Shown piece after piece: positions 28,382 to 36,872 of a stretch of 42,754 bases of DNA. A model generated the notes under the pieces. It had not been told where the DNA came from and ran no database searches. It saw nothing but the letters and a program-made list of their open reading frames with translations. The position numbers were made by a program, and so were the translations under genes. Source of the stretch: Alphaproteobacteria bacterium (GTDB lineage Bacteria > Pseudomonadota > Alphaproteobacteria > UBA9219 > RFNS01); the NCBI GenBank assembly GCA_017996055.1, contig JAGOHT010000001.1, forward strand, positions 1 to 42,754, in the 5' to 3' direction. Within the stretch, counting starts at the first letter, position 1; each line of letters starts with the position of its first letter.

Positions 28382-28995
28382 AAGTAGGCATGACCGATCC
28401 CAATCATCTCATCATCGTCGGCGCGGGCGGCTTCGGGCTTGAAGTCGCTAGCTATGCCGAAGACATTATCCGGATGCGCGGTGTCGGCTTCAGCATTGCC
28501 GGTTTTCTGGATGACACCAAGGCGCGTGGCACCACGCATGGCACCTATCCGGTCTTGGGGAACACGGAAGGCGATCTAGCGCCGGATGCGCTCTATGTCA
28601 TCGCACTGGGGCGGCCGCAGCCGCGCCGTGCGATGGTCGAGAAACTGCGCGGCCGTGGGGCGAAATTCGCCACACTGTTGCACCCAGCCGCCTATATCAG
28701 CAGCACGGCGATTGTCGGTCTCGGTAGCATCATCGCGCCTTTTGCCAGTATCGGACCGCAGGCTATTCTGGGCGCGCAGGTGGTCATCAATACCCATGCT
28801 AGCATCGCGCATGACGCGCAGGTTGGTGATTGTAGCGTAGTGGCGCAACATGCCGCGCTCGACGGCTTCGCCGAGCTGGACGCCAATGTCTTTATCGGGA
28901 TGCATGCCGTCATCGGTAGCCGCTGCAAAATCGCGGCCGATGGGGTCGTCGCTGCAGGCGCGCTCGAAGCGGCTGTCGTGGAAGCCGCCACCTGA
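28378..28995 (+). CDS. NeuD/PglD/PerB-family sugar acetyltransferase (Rossmann-like N-domain plus left-handed beta-helix)
   Basis: ATGA overlap with proS. The N-terminal LIIVGAGGFGLEVASYAEDI is followed by hexapeptide repeats (IGPQAILGAQVVINTHASIAHDAQVGDCSVVAQHAALDG). Confidence 0.75.
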   Translation: MKVGMTDPNHLIIVGAGGFGLEVASYAEDIIRMRGVGFSIAGFLDDTKARGTTHGTYPVLGNTEGDLAPDALYVIALGRPQPRRAMVEKLRGRGAKFATLLHPAAYISSTAIVGLGSIIAPFASIGPQAILGAQVVINTHASIAHDAQVGDCSVVAQHAALDGFAELDANVFIGMHAVIGSRCKIAADGVVAAGALEAAVVEAAT

Positions 28996-29600
28996 TGCCT
29001 AAGCTGCGCAATGTCGTCTTCGATCTCGGCGGCGTGCTGGTCGATTGGAACCCAGATTATCTTTATCGCAAGTTGATTCCGGACGTCGTCGCGCGACAAA
29101 AATTCCTCAGCGAAGTGTGTGACAGCGCGTGGAACGCGCAGCAGGATCGTGGCCGGAGCTGGGCAGAGGCGATTGCCGAGCGTGTGGCGCGCTTTCCGCA
29201 CCAGGCCGACCTCATTCGGGCATATCGCGAACGCTGGATAGAGATGATCGGCGGAGTAATGCCGGAGACAGTGGCGCTGCTCGATGCGCTCAAGGCGCGC
29301 GGCACATCGCTTTATGCGCTGACCAACTGGGCGGCGGATACGTTTGATGAAGCACGGGAGCATATCCCGCTCGACCGGTTTGATGGTATCGTGGTGTCGG
29401 GGCGGGTCAGGCTGGCGAAGCCGGAAGCAGCGATCTTCGAGCTGTTGTTGCGGCAATATAATTTGCGTGCGGATGAGACGTTGTTCATCGACGACATGCC
29501 CTACAACACAGCGGCGGCTGACGCGCTGGGTTTCACCACCGTGACCTTCAAGTCTGCGGCGCAGCTCGAGGCCGCGCTGGTACAGCATGGGTTGCTCTGA
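28995..29600 (+). CDS. HAD-superfamily hydrolase, subfamily IA
   Basis: The start shares 1 nt with the preceding stop (TGATG). Motif I is VVFDLGGVLVDW, motif II is ALTN and motif IV is LFIDDMPYN. Confidence 0.75.
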   Translation: MPKLRNVVFDLGGVLVDWNPDYLYRKLIPDVVARQKFLSEVCDSAWNAQQDRGRSWAEAIAERVARFPHQADLIRAYRERWIEMIGGVMPETVALLDALKARGTSLYALTNWAADTFDEAREHIPLDRFDGIVVSGRVRLAKPEAAIFELLLRQYNLRADETLFIDDMPYNTAAADALGFTTVTFKSAAQLEAALVQHGLL

Positions 29601-30137
29601 TTATTCCTTTTGCAGCTGTCGCAGATAAGCTTGCAGTTCTTTGCTTTGCCATTCGGCGACGCCCGGGATTTTGCGCCGCAGCCGGTGCTGCTTGTCGAGA
29701 ATAATGGTTTCCGGATAGGCGACGGTCATAAACAAATCATAAGTTATTTTCTTGTCCTTATCCCAGCCGAGCAGCAAATTGGTGGGGGCGGGCGTTGCAC
29801 CCATTTCGGCCAGGAATTTCTCTGCTTTGCCACGGTCGCTGTCGCTGGAGAGTGCAAGAAAAATAATGTCGGGGTTTTGTTTCACCGCCTGCATGAGTAG
29901 CGGGAACTCCGCTTTGCAAGGGGCGCACCAGGACGCCCAGAAATGCAGCACAGTGGCGCGTCCGGCGCTATCCTTGAGCGCGCTGCTCTTGCCATCAAAT
30001 GTTTGCCAGGTAAAGCTCGGCGCGGCGAACCCGGGTGGCGAGCTGGGTGCTTCGGCCTGCGGCCAGAACACGAAAGCCATGGCGCCGCAGAGTATGGCAG
30101 TAATCAGGAGGGGTGTGACTAGGGGCTTAGTGCGCAT
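29601..30137 (-). CDS. TlpA/ResA-like periplasmic thiol:disulfide oxidoreductase
   Basis: Start at MRTKPLVTPLLITAILCGAMAFVFW (membrane anchor). It has the thioredoxin motif HFWASWCAPCKAEFP. It overlaps the ccsA stop by 11 nt. The longer track ORF was rejected. Confidence 0.8.
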   Translation of the reverse strand: MRTKPLVTPLLITAILCGAMAFVFWPQAEAPSSPPGFAAPSFTWQTFDGKSSALKDSAGRATVLHFWASWCAPCKAEFPLLMQAVKQNPDIIFLALSSDSDRGKAEKFLAEMGATPAPTNLLLGWDKDKKITYDLFMTVAYPETIILDKQHRLRRKIPGVAEWQSKELQAYLRQLQKE

Positions 30138-32019
30138 GGGTTCCCCGCTGGCGACGGATAAGGATAATGGCGGCCAGGACGTTGATGAGCACCAGTTCGC
30201 CGAGACAGAAACCGAGCAGACCATAGGCGGCGGAATCGGTGAAGCCATACGAATGCAGCCCGACGCTGAGCAGGTTCACGCCGAACCAGGCCAGAGCAAC
30301 GACGATATTGACCAGCGCCATACCGACGGCAAAGCCCAGTGCCTGAAATTGGCCGGCGATGCGGCCATGCACCAGCCAGATCAGCCAGAGCACAATCCAC
30401 AGCGCGCCGTTTTCCTTGGGGTCCCAGCCCCAGAAGCGACCCCAGGATTGATCCGCCCAAACGCCGCCCAGCATCGTGCCAACGGCGGTGAAGAGCAGCG
30501 CGAACAGACCCAGCCGTTGGATATTTTCCAGTGGGCGCAGGAACTTCTCAGCGGGCTGCCGCGCACAACGCAGCAGATAGAGATGTGCCATCATGCCGGT
30601 CACCAGCGTTGCGGCATAACCGGTGGTGATACAGACGACATGGGTGGCGAGCCAGAAGTTGGTGTCGAGCACCGCGACGAGCACAAGCAGCGTGTCGCCA
30701 TCATTGCCAAACATGGTGCTGGCACCGAGCAGCAGAGCCGCCAGTGCACCGCCAATCAGCAGGCCGTCATCATTACGACGGCGCAGCGCTAGCCAGAAGC
30801 CGCAAGCTAGCACGACCCAACTGACGAAAAGTGTCGATTCATAGAGTGTGCTGACAGGGGGGCGCTGCAAAATCAGCATGCGCAGAAGTATGCCAAAACC
30901 ATGCACGGCGAGCGCGCTGGCGAAGAGCAGTCGTGCACTGAGCCCCAGCCAGCGCTGCGCACGCCCTGCCATCCTTCCAAAAGTTGAGAGAGCGAAGAGA
31001 ACGAGTCCTCCCAAAATGAGCAACAGACAGAGCGTAAAGGGCTGCAACTGGTTGAGCAAAATTTCCAGCGTCAGGGCGGGGGGGCGCAGATTGGCCGGAT
31101 GCGCCTGCGCCGTAAGCGTTGTCAGCCGAGTGAGTGCCGCTGTCCAGGCTGCCGCATCTTCCTGCTGCCAGGCGCGCGCAACCTGTTCCCACTGGTCAAA
31201 GAATTGTTGGGTGGCGGGACCAGCCAGGCTTTGCTCCAGAATATCCCAGGGCGCGCGCCAGACGGCATCGCCGTCCCAGAGCGGCGGTATAACGCGCAGC
31301 AGCGTGTTGCTGCTGCCCACTGATTCCAGCAGGCTAAGCTGGTAAGCGAGATGGGCGTTGCGCTGCTCAGCTTCGTTGTAATCCTCGAGCTTATCCTGCT
31401 TGGTTTTCACGGTGGTTTGCAGCGCTTCCATCACTGCCGGTTTCAGGCGGCGCAGCTGGCGGTAATTCACCGGTGCGTCCTCGGCGAGACCGAGGTCATG
31501 GCGCGCTTGCGGCTCCAGCGGTAGGCTTACTGGTAGCAGCAGCGACATGGCAGCGTTGATTTGGCGGAATTCATCGACAGTTTGATAAATCTTCCGCAGA
31601 TTCTTTTCATCTGCCGAGAGAGTGCGATTCTCGCTCTGCAGGATTCGGGTGAGCAAATCCTTCTGCTGTAAGAGCGCGGCGATAAGTTCCTTGAAGCTAT
31701 AGCGGTGATCATCACGCGGCGGCAGCCCCAGGCGGCGGGTGGCATCAATGTCGCTGAGCAGGAATTGTTTTTGTTCCGAGATTGCTGCCGGGTTAAACAT
31801 GGTCTGCGCCAGCCAGGCGAGCGCGGTGTTGCCGGAAGCGGCACGCTGGCCGGTCACGGCCTGATAATAAATTCGCGCGAAACTATCGAGCGGTTTGACG
31901 CGGCCTTCATGGAGAATTGGCAAGCGGCCAAAGGCCGCTAGCGCTGCGTCAGGCAGCCTGTCTTCGGCATGCAGCGGCAATGTCAGCAGGAGTAGCAGGA
32001 GGCAAAGCAATCGCTTCAT
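30127..32019 (-). CDS. ccsA: System II cytochrome c biogenesis protein CcsA/ResC with a roughly 330 aa N-terminal periplasmic extension
   Basis: It has the WWD-type haem-handling motif WGRFWGWDPKENGALW and multiple C-terminal TM helices with conserved His residues (ATHVVCITTG; LVHGRIAG). Start at MKRLLCLLLLLLTLPLHA (signal peptide), with an ATGA overlap with ccsB. Confidence 0.85.
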   Translation of the reverse strand: MKRLLCLLLLLLTLPLHAEDRLPDAALAAFGRLPILHEGRVKPLDSFARIYYQAVTGQRAASGNTALAWLAQTMFNPAAISEQKQFLLSDIDATRRLGLPPRDDHRYSFKELIAALLQQKDLLTRILQSENRTLSADEKNLRKIYQTVDEFRQINAAMSLLLPVSLPLEPQARHDLGLAEDAPVNYRQLRRLKPAVMEALQTTVKTKQDKLEDYNEAEQRNAHLAYQLSLLESVGSSNTLLRVIPPLWDGDAVWRAPWDILEQSLAGPATQQFFDQWEQVARAWQQEDAAAWTAALTRLTTLTAQAHPANLRPPALTLEILLNQLQPFTLCLLLILGGLVLFALSTFGRMAGRAQRWLGLSARLLFASALAVHGFGILLRMLILQRPPVSTLYESTLFVSWVVLACGFWLALRRRNDDGLLIGGALAALLLGASTMFGNDGDTLLVLVAVLDTNFWLATHVVCITTGYAATLVTGMMAHLYLLRCARQPAEKFLRPLENIQRLGLFALLFTAVGTMLGGVWADQSWGRFWGWDPKENGALWIVLWLIWLVHGRIAGQFQALGFAVGMALVNIVVALAWFGVNLLSVGLHSYGFTDSAAYGLLGFCLGELVLINVLAAIILIRRQRGTHAH

Positions 32020-33107
32020 GTTGGCACCTTCCGGCGGCGCCACAGGCCGAAAAGGTGAATCAGCATACCTATGCACAGCGCCGTGACTGCGATATAGGGA
32101 AAAACCTGCCCCTGGTCGCGCACGATGGTCAGGACGCTGCTGGTTACTTCCGGTCGTTCGATAAAGGACGATTGATAGATGGTATAGCCGCGATAGCGCA
32201 GCGGCTCGTTCATGCTGATGGTCACCGGCCAACTGGCAGCGCCGTCGGTGACGATGACATCGGAGCGGTAAGCTTTGGCGATCCGCGTGCCCGGATGCTC
32301 GGTTTTATGAAAAGTCTGCAGGGTAAGGCTGAAGGGCAGGGGGCGCTCGGCGCGGCGCAGAAGAATGCGATAGGTTTTATCGCTATATTTCACTTCTGGC
32401 ATGTCCTTGAGCGGGGTGAAGGCGACATAGGTGCCGTTTTGGGCAGCATCAAGTCCACTGAGGGTAAATGTTACGCCTGCCAGATTGTCTTCATCTTGTG
32501 GCAGAAGGGTTGCGGGTTGTAGTTGCAGCTTTTGCGCCGCGCCGTGCCGGTCGGCAGCAGGCTGCGGCAGTGGTAGTGGCGTGCAATGGCGGCAAAGGCT
32601 CTCAACACGTAGGCCGAAGGGCAGGTCCTTGAGCTGTTCGCCAGCCTGGAGGATCTGGAATGGCATCAGCAAAATGGTGTTGCCGTCCTGCTCTACCACC
32701 AGTTCACGGGCGTGATAGTCGGTGACGATGGCACCTGACGCCTTGGGGGCAAGCTCGATAAAGCCCTCCTCGCGGAGCGCCATGGTTACGCCGCCGCCGA
32801 GCAGCAGGAGCAAAACGCTGATATGGGTGATGCTGGTGCCAAGTTTCCGCCCCGTCCAAACCCGTTGCTGCAGGAGCTTGGCCAGCAGGTTTAGTGTGAT
32901 GAGGGTGAGAATCGCCAAGCCGCCCGGCAGCGGCAGGGGGCCGACCCAAAGAATGGCGCTCGCAAAGAATTTTTGCTCCGCAACATAAAGACCGTCCGTT
33001 CGCTGTGCCAAAGTGCCCAGCACTAGCAACAGCATGAGCCAGGGCAGGGCATAAAAAAACAGGATGGGGCGGGCGAGAAAATTCAACAAGCTGACCATGA
33101 TAGGCAC
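32016..33107 (-). CDS. ccsB: System II cytochrome c biogenesis protein CcsB/ResB-like (short, 363 aa)
   Basis: N-terminal TM region LARPILFFYALPWLMLLLVLGTLAQ, a second TM with His (GTSITHISVLLLLLGG), a periplasmic middle part and a C-terminal TM. It lies directly upstream of ccsA. Confidence 0.7.
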   Translation of the reverse strand: MPIMVSLLNFLARPILFFYALPWLMLLLVLGTLAQRTDGLYVAEQKFFASAILWVGPLPLPGGLAILTLITLNLLAKLLQQRVWTGRKLGTSITHISVLLLLLGGGVTMALREEGFIELAPKASGAIVTDYHARELVVEQDGNTILLMPFQILQAGEQLKDLPFGLRVESLCRHCTPLPLPQPAADRHGAAQKLQLQPATLLPQDEDNLAGVTFTLSGLDAAQNGTYVAFTPLKDMPEVKYSDKTYRILLRRAERPLPFSLTLQTFHKTEHPGTRIAKAYRSDVIVTDGAASWPVTISMNEPLRYRGYTIYQSSFIERPEVTSSVLTIVRDQGQVFPYIAVTALCIGMLIHLFGLWRRRKVPT

Positions 33108-33254
33108 TGTTCTTAGCAGTTTACCGTTCAGGGAAAAGCGTTAAAGCGTGCCGACTGATGGAGCGGGGCGGAGCGGACACTTTGTCGCAGTCAGAAGGCC
33201 TGCAAAATATATGGTTTCCTATCGCAACTGCGAGGCTGCAATGCAGTAGGAAAA

Positions 33255-33289
33255 AGTAAATGAGAAGTAAATAACACACTGAAATAACA
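33255..33289 (+). repeat. AT-rich short direct repeats in the ccsB/cpaA divergent intergenic region
   Basis: AGTAAAT occurs at 33255 and 33266 (11 nt period). AAATAACA occurs at 33269 and 33282 (13 nt period). Confidence 0.5.
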
Positions 33290-33316
33290 AGTTTTTTTAT
33301 GGTTAATGTATCAGGC

Positions 33317-33332
33317 TTAATGCGGCATTAAC
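33317..33332 (+). promoter_or_regulatory. CtrA-type binding motif TTAA-N7-TTAAC upstream of cpaA
   Basis: The sequence TTAATGCGGCATTAAC is a perfect match to the TTAA-N7-TTAAC consensus. It sits about 100 nt upstream of the cpaA ATG. I found no other N7-spaced TTAA pair in the intergenic regions I scanned. Confidence 0.5.
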
Positions 33333-33432
33333 GGTTATTCTGTCATGGTGGTATCAGGCGGAAAAGCCTTGGCGCTGGAAGCGTCGTAGAGACCGGTGCA
33401 GCCGGGTGGAAAGCAGGGACAGGACTTCGAAA

Positions 33433-33942
33433 ATGGCGGTGTTACAGCCCTTTCATCTGACCTTCATGATACTGGCGGCACTTCTGCTGGTGTCTGCCGC
33501 TTATTTCGATGCGCGGTCGTTCCGCATTCCGAACTGGGTGTGGATGGGTCTGCTGGGTTTGTTCCCTCTATATGTGTTGTCGTCACAACAAGAGATTGAA
33601 TGGTTGCATCATTTCGGAGTCTTTGCCGTGGTGCTGGTGATTGGCTTCATTTTGTTCGCGGGCAATTTCGCTGGTGCGGGTGATGTGAAGATGCTGGCAG
33701 CGATTGCGCTGTGGGCGGGGCCGAACTTTATCGGTGTCTTGTTGGTTATCACGGCCTTTGCCGGTGGCTTGCTGGCGCTGGGTTATGCCGGTGCGGCTTG
33801 GATGCGTCTGCGGGTGCAGCCGCAGCTCGCGCCGACGGAAGGCATGATGCAGGTGTTGGGTAAGACGGCAATTCCCTACGGTGTCGCCATTGCCTGCGGA
33901 GGCTTGACCTCCCTGGGAATGATGGCGGCAGCGCTCTTCTAG
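33433..33942 (+). CDS. cpaA: Prepilin peptidase CpaA/TadV (A24 family)
   Basis: Polytopic membrane protein with an early Asp (AAYFDARSFRIPNW) and AGAGDVKMLAAIALWAG, the second catalytic Asp motif. Start at the ATG at 33433. Confidence 0.8.
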   Translation: MAVLQPFHLTFMILAALLLVSAAYFDARSFRIPNWVWMGLLGLFPLYVLSSQQEIEWLHHFGVFAVVLVIGFILFAGNFAGAGDVKMLAAIALWAGPNFIGVLLVITAFAGGLLALGYAGAAWMRLRVQPQLAPTEGMMQVLGKTAIPYGVAIACGGLTSLGMMAAALF

Positions 33943-34054
33943 TGGTGTTCTAAAGTTTCCGCGCCAATCCGGCGCAGACATAGTGGGTTTCATATCGTTG
34001 CGGGATGTGGGTGCTGCTTGGCACACATCTTCTTACGGCGAGAAGGAGTGAAGG

Positions 34055-35056
34055 ATGTCATCGCGCAAAATCATGATGCTGCTGGCGGCACTGCTGATTG
34101 CGGTCGGCGCTATCGTTTTGGCGCGTCAAGCGCTGAAACCCGCTGCTGACGAGAATGGCGTGCCCGTGGTCGAGGAACATAAAGGGCCGCAGGTGCTGGT
34201 TGCCGCGCGTGATTTGGCCGCGGGCTCGCTGCTCCGCGAAAGCGATATGAAGTGGCAGGCCTGGAGCGAAGAGCCCAAGGAACATATGCTCATCAAGGAA
34301 CAGACCAATGTCGATGATTATGTTGGCGCGCTGTCGCGTGGCGCGCTGCGTGCCGGTGAGCCAATTATGGGCAACAGGGTGTTCCGCACCCATGAGCAGG
34401 GCTTTCTTTCCGCTGCGCTCTCGCCAGGTATGCGGGCGATTTCTCTGAAGATTACGCCGGTGAGCGGCCTCGCTGGGCTGATTTTCCCAGGTGATCATGT
34501 CGATGTCATTGTCGCGCATAATGTGCCGGTGCCGGGGACAGACGGGCAAAATCGCGACCGTCGCGTCAGCGAGACCATCGTCGTCAATGCGCGCGTGTTA
34601 GCGCTAGACCAAAAGACGGATGAGAAGGTGACGGAACCGAAAATTGCCGATGTGGCGACGCTCGAGGTCAACCCTAAGGATGCCGAAAAAATCGCGCTCA
34701 TTGCCGACTGGAATAGTACGGTCTCGCTCGTCTTGCGAAGCTTGACGGATAATCTGGCTGAAACCGAAGCGGCGAAAGCGGCTGCTGCTATGCCGCCGAA
34801 AGAGGAGAAGCCAGTGGGCCATGACGAAGTGCCGGATGAGGAGCCGCTCGCCGCTACGCCGGGCATTGCGCTCAGTCCGAACGCTACAGCATCGGTAAAG
34901 CCCCCTGCTAAGGCACAGCATGAACCGCGTGCCAGCTTTACCTGGGACAGCGATGTCAGCCGGGTACTGGCGCGCCCTGACTCTGCTACCAACGCATCCC
35001 GCCGTATCCAAGTCATTCGTGGCAAGGATAGCAGCGAAATCAGCTTCCAACAATGA
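34055..35056 (+). CDS. cpaB: Flp pilus assembly protein CpaB/RcpC
   Basis: Strong RBS (GAAGGAGTGAAGG), an N-terminal TM anchor, a SAF-like segment (VLVAARDLAAGSLLRESDM), the position upstream of the secretin gene, and a C-terminal RVIRG-type end (IQVIRGKD). Confidence 0.8.
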   Translation: MSSRKIMMLLAALLIAVGAIVLARQALKPAADENGVPVVEEHKGPQVLVAARDLAAGSLLRESDMKWQAWSEEPKEHMLIKEQTNVDDYVGALSRGALRAGEPIMGNRVFRTHEQGFLSAALSPGMRAISLKITPVSGLAGLIFPGDHVDVIVAHNVPVPGTDGQNRDRRVSETIVVNARVLALDQKTDEKVTEPKIADVATLEVNPKDAEKIALIADWNSTVSLVLRSLTDNLAETEAAKAAAAMPPKEEKPVGHDEVPDEEPLAATPGIALSPNATASVKPPAKAQHEPRASFTWDSDVSRVLARPDSATNASRRIQVIRGKDSSEISFQQ

Positions 35057-36474
35057 GGCGTCCCGCCATGCTCCGTATCATCACTCTGCTTCGTAGCCTC
35101 ACTTTCCTCAGCTTGCTCTGCAGCGCGCCAAGCTTGGCAGCGGAGTCGCCGCTCGCTGTCGATGTTGATCACGGTGTCACCGTGAACTTGACGCAACCGG
35201 CGCGTTCGGTCTTCATCGCCAACCCAGAAATTGCCGATATCCAGGTGCTGAGCCCGACCGCGATTATGGTCTTCGGCAAAAAGATGGGTCAGACCACGTT
35301 GCTCGCCACCGGAGAAAATAACCAGCAACTGATGAATCGTGCGGTGATGGTCACCACCAACACCGAGCAAGTGCAAAAGGCTCTCAATACGATGTTGCCG
35401 GGCAATCAGGTCATCGTCAGCGCTGTGCCGGACGGGATTATGCTGACTGGCCGGGTGCGTGATCCGGCAGCGGCGGAAGATGCGCGCCGCGTTGCGGCGC
35501 GCTTCGTGCCTAAGGAAGGAGGCGAAGTTATCAACCATGTCGAGGTGATGGCCTCGAACCAAATTAATTTGCGGGTGCGGGTCGCCGAGGTGGCGCGCTC
35601 GGTCAATCGTTATTTCGGCATCAATTGGAATAATGCGTTCAAGATGGCAGGCTTTGCTTTCGGCATCTCGAGCGGCGCGGCACTGGCCACCAATGGGATG
35701 TTCGGTTTAAACAGCGGTCGGCCGGGTTCGCCGACACCGGCCAATACCCTGAATTTCGGCACGGAAGGGCGTGGCTATGACATTAATGGCTTCATCGATG
35801 CGTTGGCGTCAGACGGGCTGATCACCGTGCTTGCCGAGCCGAACTTGACGGCGATGTCGGGTGAGACGGCGTCGTTCCTCGCAGGTGGCGAATATCCCAT
35901 CCTCGTGCCGCAAAGCAATGGCCAGGTTTCGATTGAATATAAGAACTACGGTGTGAAGCTGTCCTTCACTCCGACGCTAGTGAATAGTAGTCGCATCAAT
36001 ATCAAGGTGCGGCCAGAGGTTAGCGAGCTGAGCAGTGACGGCGCGGTCAACCTCAACAACTTCAGCGTTCCCGCCCTCAAAGTGCGGCGCGCCGATACCA
36101 CGGTGGAACTGGCGAGTGGTCAGAGCTTTGCCATTGCAGGAATGCTCTCCAACAACAGCGACCAGAATGTCGATAAGTTCCCCGTGCTGGGCGATATGCC
36201 GGTGCTCGGCGAACTGTTCCGTTCCACTCGCTTCAAGAGCGGCGAAACCGAGCTGGTGATTATCGTGACGCCCTATCTGGTGCGTCCCAGCAGCGAGCAG
36301 CTGGCGTTACCCACCGATGGGCTGAGCCTGCCAGACGAGGTTGAGCGCGTCGTTTTTGCACAAAAAAGCAGTAGCGATGTGAATAAGAAACCAATTAGCG
36401 GCACGCCGACCGCTGTCACCATTAAGCCAGCACTACCGCCCGCGACAGTCTCTGGCGGCTTTATTGTGGAGTAA
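35053..36474 (+). CDS. cpaC: Tad secretin CpaC/RcpA
   Basis: It has a signal peptide, a BON-like N-domain (VSAVPDGIMLTGRVRD), and a secretin core (LAEPNLTAMSGETASFLAGGEYP; FPVLGDMPVLGELFRS...ELVIIVTP). Confidence 0.9.
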   Translation: MRRPAMLRIITLLRSLTFLSLLCSAPSLAAESPLAVDVDHGVTVNLTQPARSVFIANPEIADIQVLSPTAIMVFGKKMGQTTLLATGENNQQLMNRAVMVTTNTEQVQKALNTMLPGNQVIVSAVPDGIMLTGRVRDPAAAEDARRVAARFVPKEGGEVINHVEVMASNQINLRVRVAEVARSVNRYFGINWNNAFKMAGFAFGISSGAALATNGMFGLNSGRPGSPTPANTLNFGTEGRGYDINGFIDALASDGLITVLAEPNLTAMSGETASFLAGGEYPILVPQSNGQVSIEYKNYGVKLSFTPTLVNSSRINIKVRPEVSELSSDGAVNLNNFSVPALKVRRADTTVELASGQSFAIAGMLSNNSDQNVDKFPVLGDMPVLGELFRSTRFKSGETELVIIVTPYLVRPSSEQLALPTDGLSLPDEVERVVFAQKSSSDVNKKPISGTPTAVTIKPALPPATVSGGFIVE

Positions 36475-36867
36475 ATGATGCGCGCATCCATCCTCGCCTT
36501 CACCGCATTGCTGTTTTGCAGTGGCTGCGTCACGACGGACAATGACCCTGTAGCCAAGCACCCGGATCACCGGATTGTTGTCGCGCCGGCAGCGCCAGGC
36601 AGCAGCACGCTGCGCGCCTATCCGCCAGAATGTCCGCCCTGGACGAAGTATCATCCCGATCCGAACGATAACATGCCACAGCCGCAAATCGGCTGCGCCA
36701 ACCAGCGCAATCTGGCGCTGATGATTGATGCGCCAGAAGATTTGGTCGTTGGGCGGCCTTTGGGCGCTGGCGATGGGCAACGCGACGCCACGGCGTTACA
36801 GCGTTATCACGAAAACAAGGTCTCCGGGCTTTATGACCCAACGCAACCTCCAGCAGCAAAAGAATAG
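36475..36867 (+). CDS. cpaD: CpaD-family pilus assembly lipoprotein
   Basis: Lipobox LLFCSGC, plus GCANQRNLALMIDAPEDLVVGRPLG, the typical CpaD core. It sits between the secretin gene and cpaE. Confidence 0.8.
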   Translation: MMRASILAFTALLFCSGCVTTDNDPVAKHPDHRIVVAPAAPGSSTLRAYPPECPPWTKYHPDPNDNMPQPQIGCANQRNLALMIDAPEDLVVGRPLGAGDGQRDATALQRYHENKVSGLYDPTQPPAAKE

Positions 36868-36872
36868 TCAAG

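Noticed and set aside
28692-29588. 298 aa minus-strand ORF antisense to the NeuD-like and HAD genes
   Set aside because: It is Arg-rich and spans two well-supported plus-strand genes. It has no start context and no motif.
29752-30792. 346 aa plus-strand ORF antisense to tlpA-like/ccsA
   Set aside because: The opposite strand carries the WWD motif and the thioredoxin CxxC motif. This ORF has no motif and a shadow-ORF composition.
33108-33432. Search for a hidden Flp pilin ORF upstream of cpaA
   Set aside because: The only small ORFs (for example MERGGADTLSQSEGLQNIWFPIATARLQCSRKK, MVNVSGLMRH and MVVSGGKALALEAS) have no hydrophobic pilin core or Flp leader motif.
33943-33975. Weak hairpin GCGCC-AATCC-GGCGC after cpaA as a possible terminator
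   Set aside because: It has only a 5 bp stem and no T-tract, and cpaB follows with a strong RBS in the same operon. It is probably not a terminator.
34495-35562. 355 aa minus-strand ORF across cpaB/cpaC
   Set aside because: It is antisense to two genes with clear family motifs and overlap coupling. Its composition is Arg/Ser/Ala-rich and low in complexity, with no recognisable domain.
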